Assembly: GCA_000320545.1 (NCBI GenBank)
Contig: ADNK01003343.1
Coordinates: 1 to 64,000, forward strand
DNA from: Bigelowiella natans CCMP2755
Lineage: Eukaryota > Protista > Cercozoa
Length of the DNA stretch: 64,000 bases
Reading direction: 5' to 3'
The position numbers were made by a program, and so were the translations under genes. The notes beneath the pieces are model-generated. The model saw only the letters and a program-made list of their open reading frames with translations. It did no database searches and had not been told where the DNA came from. Shown one piece after another: positions 57,796-64,000 of the stretch. Every line of letters starts with the position of its first letter. The stretch's first letter is position 1.

Positions 57796-58098
57796 CACTC
57801 AATGTACATATGTATACATATATTTGCACACACAAGTTTGATTTTTTTATTGGTAGTTCGATTAACCATCCATGTTCTCGCTGTTCATGTAGGAAATGCT
57901 CGTTTTCCGTATATGACTGCATGCGGTTGGGATTTCACACGTGTTGGAATGCAGCCCTCATGGTTTGAAAACATGACCGTGGAACAGTACACTGATTGGG
58001 ACACGAAGACTACAGGTAATACTTTCTGATGCTTGCATTAGTTCAATACGCAGCTTTCATGAGCTCACTCATGCTATTGTTATTATCATATTATGTAC

Positions 58099-58134
<36 letters not shown>

Positions 58135-58840
58135 ACTTATCACTTATCGCTAACAATTTAACGGCAATCAAGATCCATCTATGGTATCGAATACGACCTA
58201 TCGAATACGACCTAGCTAAAGCACGGCTACAAAGAAGAAGATTATCCTTGGTTTCAAATTAAAAAATCGTGACAACTAAACTTCAGGGGGTAGCCAATAT
58301 ATGAAACCCGTGCAATGGAGGTTTACATCAGGCGCACCTTACGGACGCAATGGCTCCTGCATCGAAATCGATTCAGGTGTGAACACGATTGTGCAAGGAA
58401 GAACATGCCACTTACACACACAGCACCAGATTATGCATCAATCCTCGCTATCCCACACTCCATGAGCGCAACAGTAATTTATTGGTTGGTCGGAAAACTA
58501 AAGATATTTGTGATTTGAAGAGAAATGGAAATATTTCACTGTTAGGATTTTGTTGGGTGGTCGTTATTTTGGTACCAATGTCAGAATTCTTGTCATCAAA
58601 ACTATTGTTTGTTGTACTTTACACAGGCACCGAATATGTTCAGTCGTTCAATCACTATCTCCGAGTTTACTTCGTTGTTAATATCGACTGGGAAGTGTTC
58701 TGCATAAAGTACAATGGCACGGAATGTATGGAGTATCATTTCTCTGGATGGGTACCTGCTGCCAGCCACTTATTTAACATTTTTGTCTACCCTACCGCTG
58801 ACCGGACGGGCAAAGCCAGCGAGGTGCAAAGATATTACGA

Positions 58841-58886
<46 letters not shown>

Positions 58887-60067
58887 TGTGTGTGTGTGTG
58901 TGTGTGTTTTAATAACTACATAGAACTTTTCGTCTGAATTTTGAAAATTTCTTTCTGAAGAAACCAGCCTCTATTCGGGTGGAATGAGTAGCTATGGTTC
59001 CCTTTAATCTTAAATGTGAGCCTTGTAGGTCATCCCCATCGCTTTCAATGATATCACCGCTCTTGTGAACGTAGATCAAACGAGGACAGTCAAGCTGAAT
59101 GGTGTGTAGATGAACATATCATCCATAATATACTACCCAAAAATGTCACCGATTACGCATCTTTTTAAGTGTGTTAGTGTGTGTGTGTGTGTGTGTGTGT
59201 GTATGTTCGTGCTTGAGTTTGAGCATATTGGTAACCCAATACCTTTTATTATGCAATGAAACCAATAATTGTAGGTGAAGAAGACCACTCTTGGACTTTT
59301 AGCGCGGTTACCAGCCCCTTGAAGAAGTTTAAGAACAGTAATGCATAAAACTTGAAATTGCACCAAAATATCAGACGCGCTCATCTGATCTCATTTTCTT
59401 ACTTCGCATCCTCCTTTGTTTCCATCTCCCTGTCCTTCGTCCTCCTTTCTATCCCTCTTTGTATATTTTGCGTACGAAACAGGTCCAGACGGGTACATGT
59501 GCGAATGGTGGTTTAAGTATAATGAGGAATCAATGACTGTGCTTAAGGAAGTAGAGTCAGGTAAACTCATAGAAAAAGATGCGTATACATATAAGTAAAA
59601 AACTGTTCTCACAAGAATATACATCTATCGTTAAAATCATGTAGATGTATATATGTGTGTATATATAGATATATATATATATATATATATATATTACATG
59701 TGTGTGTGTGAGAGAGAGAGTTGGGGATTTGTGTTGTTTTGTTTGTTATTTGTTGCAACAATTTCTTATCCCCCCCCCAGCTTTCTATTCTTTCTATTAT
59801 TGACACCAATGTATTAACCTTGCATTACCACATTTAGTCAACATGTGGATCGTGCTATCATCCCTCTTCAGTTTCGTAACTATACTAATAAGTTTATGGG
59901 GAAAGTGCTGCTTCAAGGTTCCAACGACAAAGCCGTTGGAACCAACATTGCCCCTAAGGAAACTTCTGGCTCTGAGAAGAAAGATAGCAAGTAAATGCAG
60001 CTTTGGTGCTGGCGAAAGCATGGACAAAAGAGATAGTAATCTTCGCAAACGTTCGAATGTGGCATGA
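57401..60067 (+). CDS. Two-TM membrane protein with large Cys-containing extracellular loop (ENaC/PAC-like topology), multi-exon
   Basis: Acidic N-tail; TM1 GYFIMGILLALFIFFTTQLLI followed by VTSIS...RFPYMTAC; TM2 MWIVLSSLFSFVTILISLW; basic C-tail. Several GT-AG introns. Confidence 0.55.
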
Positions 60068-61761
60068 ATTGACGTGAGAGGACGGACGTGCACATTGCGA
60101 TGAACTGTTCACGAAATGAAATGCAAACTTAGCAACACATTTGAATTCGCATCGATGTCTGCGGAAGCTGCAAATCAAAACGAATTTGACGAGCAGCTGC
60201 AGCGCAGCACATGCCGCATGATTGGAGCAACCAGTGGTTGCACTGACGCGGAATGGACAATGAGTCGTGGTTGGTCGAAGTCAGCCTGCATGATGAGTTG
60301 CACGCTGTCATGCGGCATTGGCCACCGCAGCGCGCGCAACGTGCAATGATGACAATGCTGGCCATGCGTGCACATCAATGCGATCATCAACAAGTGAAAA
60401 CCTGGCAGGATCGACGTCATGCTGAAAATCGCACACACAGATCCACGTGCGCAGCAGCGCACAGCATCCGCGCGACTTGTTGTCGCGTGTGCAATCTAGC
60501 AATGTTCAATTTGTTTTCCGCAAATGGCAACTGAGGTGCACCAAATGCCCCGCGGTTGTGTCGCAGTGAAAAAAATCAATTGAAAATCTGAGAGCTCTCT
60601 TGCTTTGCGTTGCATGTTTGAGAACGAAAGCTTGCTTTTTCTCGTGTCCGGAGCAACTCGTTGACAGCTCATTTGGAGGAAAAAAAATGCTTTCAGGTGG
60701 TGCACGCTTCTGGGCTTCAGAAGAACCTTCGCATCACAGTGTTGAAAAGCAAACGAATCATTGTGGGCAGCGCAACGTGCTGAAAGCTTTGGTCGAATGC
60801 GGTGCACGTGCCGTTGTTGCTGCACGCACTCATTGCACAACAAAAATCGTGATGGTGCACGCTGCGACGTCCATTGCAGAGTGCGCACACACAACTCATC
60901 ATGTCTCTGTTCGTGCAGGAGGCGTGCATGTGCACAATGGCTCACCCAACGCGCAACGCTGGAACGTCAACGTGCCGCGCAGCGTGCGATGCAGTGGCGT
61001 TTCGCCGTCACTTTCGACAACACTTTGGGTGTTTGAGTCGAAGCTGTGCTCGATCCGCTCAAAGTGCAGAAAAGTGCACACACCTTCGATTCAAAAACAG
61101 ACAGCACTCCTCCCGTGCAGTCAGAGCTGCAACCTGGTGCAACCCCCAAAAAAGTCCCCCCAAAAAAAAGTCTGACCAGTTTCACCGCACAACTCCAGTC
61201 GCCAGGATCGGAAAGCCGTGCGCGAGGTGAGCAGCGAAGTGGTGGAAAGTTGCGCAACAATCAAAACGTGAACAGGCTGCAACTTTTCCCTGATCGAGCG
61301 CGCACGTGCGTGCACGAGTGACTGAGTGATTGAACAAGCTCCAACGGAGTGGTGCGCGAAGTGCGATCGAACGACACACCAATTTGGTGTTGACCAAAAG
61401 CAACACGTGCTCTCCAGTGAGTCAGGTCCAACTTCCCTGCTCAGTTTCATTCGTTCGCAGAGCCATCGCAATTTCAACTTCCACACTGCAGGTTTGGGGC
61501 ACTGAACGAACGAGTGAGTGTAGTGGTTCCACTCGTGAGCCTCTCAAAACGACTCGCAATTCGGCTGCAGAGGAAGTGACCAGAAGCAACCAGGAACGAA
61601 CGTGAAGAAAGAAAGAAGGAAAGTGAACATTGAACACTGAACTTGATGCGCAAGCATCTCTTGAAGAGCCTCTCACGGGCCGTTCCTCAAAGTGGCTGTG
61701 GGACATGCCCATGCTTCGAATGGCACAGACGCACTTCACACCGTTGGTGTTCTTTGCAATT
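60040..61761. other. TpA-depleted island 4
   Basis: 3 TA (TTAG, CTAG, GTAG) in about 1720 bp. Confidence 0.92.
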
Positions 61762-62717
61762 TAGTAAAGTTTCCCTGAATTCGTAGGCCTGGGCGGGCTG
61801 CAGAACATGCATTCAGCCGTCCTCCTCTCACAGAAAATTTCGCACGTGCCGCCAGTGACTCGGATTCCCTGAAAATGTCACGAAAGAGCGAGAATTTTTC
61901 CATCTTAGCTCACACTTTGATCGAAAAAAAAGCAGAAAAGGATGCAAGGGTACCTTCCATGTTGCAGGATTGTGCTCCAATAATTACTTAAAAATGACCT
62001 ACGAAACCAGTTCCCGGAGCACGTCTCAGCTGCTGCAGTCTCTCTCTCTTTTCTTTTATTACAATCATCAGGAGCAGTCCTCAATTTCGCGCACTAAGAA
62101 AAGGATTCCCAATCGGCGCTGCGCCAGAACATTTGTCGATTTCTTGGGGAAGATGCCATCCCTTTTTGACCATGAACCCTGCAGTTACAAGCTCTATCGC
62201 ACTAACTAAATCTTTGCCGCAGCATCGTGACCATTTCAGCAGTCACGATTCCTTTTTTCTGCTAAATTGTAAATTTTGGCTCGACGCTACGTCGAATTCC
62301 CCTGCGTTGCGAAAAATGTGAGCACTCGTGCGGCAAGCAAATGTTCGATCACGGTCTCACGTTCGACAGTTTTGATGCGACCGGGTGAAGGCCACGATAG
62401 AGATGCATTTTACCTCCTCCCTCCTCATCCTTCTCTCCCTAGGGGATCACATACCCCTTTTCCCTTTCGTCAAGGCTGTGTGGATCAAATCGACGTCGAT
62501 GGACCTCAACATCAAAGCAGAAACGACTCAAAACCAAGCGGCGATGTCTTTGAATGCAATCGAGCCCAACGAGCCCAACGTTTCTCTACAGAGCGAAGCA
62601 TCAATGAAGACACAGCTAGATTCGACTCCGAGATACATGCGAATAGTAATGACACTTCTTAACAAATATTATTCACATCTCTTGAATCCTCGCATTCCGT
62701 CGGTTTCCTATGATTAG

Positions 62718-64000
62718 GGTGAATCGTGTCTCGATGGATCGTTCGGGGCGAACAAAATCTACTACCAGGTCAACACTTTGGGGTACAATGACTCCACGAC
62801 CCTCGATAGTTGCAAAAAAGGCTGCTCTGACTTCGGGATCATGTCTTCCGATGAAGACAGCAACCAAAGTCCGTGCCTCGGTTTCGAGTTTACTGCACCC
62901 AACATCTGCCGATTCTATACAATTTCTGTGGTGTCCTCCCCCTTCTTTTTCTTCTCCTCCTCTGGTACCAGTGACAATGAAGATGGAAATAGGGGTGGTA
63001 GCACATACGGGTGCTACGCGAGCAGTCGGACCGCCTCCGCGTTTCGAAATGTGAGGCATAGAAATGACGGCCGCACGGAGGATGATGACGGTGAGAGTAG
63101 CTCCTCCTCGCTCAATCACTGGGACTACGAATACCGTGGGCCTGGTCACTGCTATCCAGCTGCGTCAACAACAGCAGCAAAGAGTGGCAATACGGGGTTC
63201 CGTGAAGGAGACAATGCGGCTGTTTCGCCTGACGGCTCCACGTTGGAATACTATACCACCTATCCCCTTCATCTTGACCCTTCTCGTCAGCTGGATGAAT
63301 GCTTCAAGCACACAAGACTGAATACCACTGGCTTCTCCGTGGTAACGGGAGAGTGTCGTGTGTTCGAGACTCGTCTCTTTGGTGCGGTACTGCCCCCTTC
63401 TTCTTCTTCTTCTTCTTCTCCTTCTCCTTCGTCACCAGCAGCAGCAGCAGCAGCAGCAGCAAGCTCCCACACCTTGCAGGAAGCTAGTAAGCCATACGGA
63501 TGCTATCAGAAGAGAGACGGCTTCGGCCCAGCCTACTATGCGGCGGGCAATACGAAATGGGGCATGATCAATCTGGTATCCGAGGTGAAGAAACGTCTCC
63601 CGTCAGTGAGCTCAGTTTTCCGTGTTGTCCATTGGGGAGATGTCGAGGTGAGCTGCTGTGATGGTGGTGGTGGTGGTGGTGGAGCGGGGTCAAACGATGT
63701 ATGAGACATGTAAACTAATACTACAGCTGGTCGCTGGCCTGGATTCCATTGTTTTGTGAGAATATACCCATCGTCGTATGTTCTCTTTCTTCATATTTTC
63801 TTCTCCTCCGCACCTCCTCCTCCTCTATATATATCGCTTAATGGTGATATTTGCCTGTCGCCCCCCCCCTCCGCCCTTATATGTCTCTCAGGTGGCCCCT
63901 GGTAAGTGGAACTGGGGATGGTTTGATGAGTCGCTGCAAAGCTATGCCAACAGCTCCATGCGGGTGGGTGGTGGTTACTCATCGGATAACACTACCGACA
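62718..64000 (+). CDS. Partial multi-exon gene with Cys-rich PAN/apple-like modules; start uncertain, runs off window
   Basis: GESCLDG...TLDSCKKGC...CLGFEF...CRFY and a second module GPGHCY...LDEC...TGFSV..GECRVF. Confidence 0.4.

Noticed and set aside
60116-61739. Dense overlapping Cys/His/Ala-rich ORFs in all six frames (also 8348-9391, 48592-50234, 55426-57040)
   Set aside because: A by-product of TpA loss, which removes TAA/TAG stops and Tyr codons. No domain motifs, so not called as genes.

Overview
This is intron-rich eukaryotic nuclear DNA with abundant (CA)n/(GA)n/(TA)n microsatellites and short GT-AG introns. The gene set and a bipartite-like leader suggest a secondary-plastid alga such as a chlorarachniophyte (inference only). 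Host genes: a GT25 glycosyltransferase, a divergent Sar1, a coiled-coil protein, ATG18/WIPI, pyruvate dehydrogenase kinase, an RsuA-type pseudouridine synthase, a myristoylation-motif protein growing by exon+intron tandem duplication, a His-rich P1B Zn/Cd ATPase, an S28 carboxypeptidase, a four-domain membrane alpha-carbonic anhydrase, a 2-TM ENaC/PAC-like protein and a partial PAN-like gene. Three young, intact LTR retrotransposons are present. Two are apparently identical inverted copies of a Gypsy whose Pol ends in a degenerate Dam-like adenine-methyltransferase domain and has a shortened D-x27-E integrase. The third is a Copia whose LTRs contain a 160-bp heat-shock-element array. The most striking signal is a set of fairly sharply bounded intergenic islands almost devoid of TpA (2-5 per kb, survivors nearly all CTA/TAG). 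In one island a TPR pseudogene has His or Cys at the family-consensus Tyr positions. This points to a regional, both-strand TpA->TpG/CpA (A-to-G) hypermutation process, a mirror image of fungal RIP. All counts were made by eye and exon boundaries are approximate.
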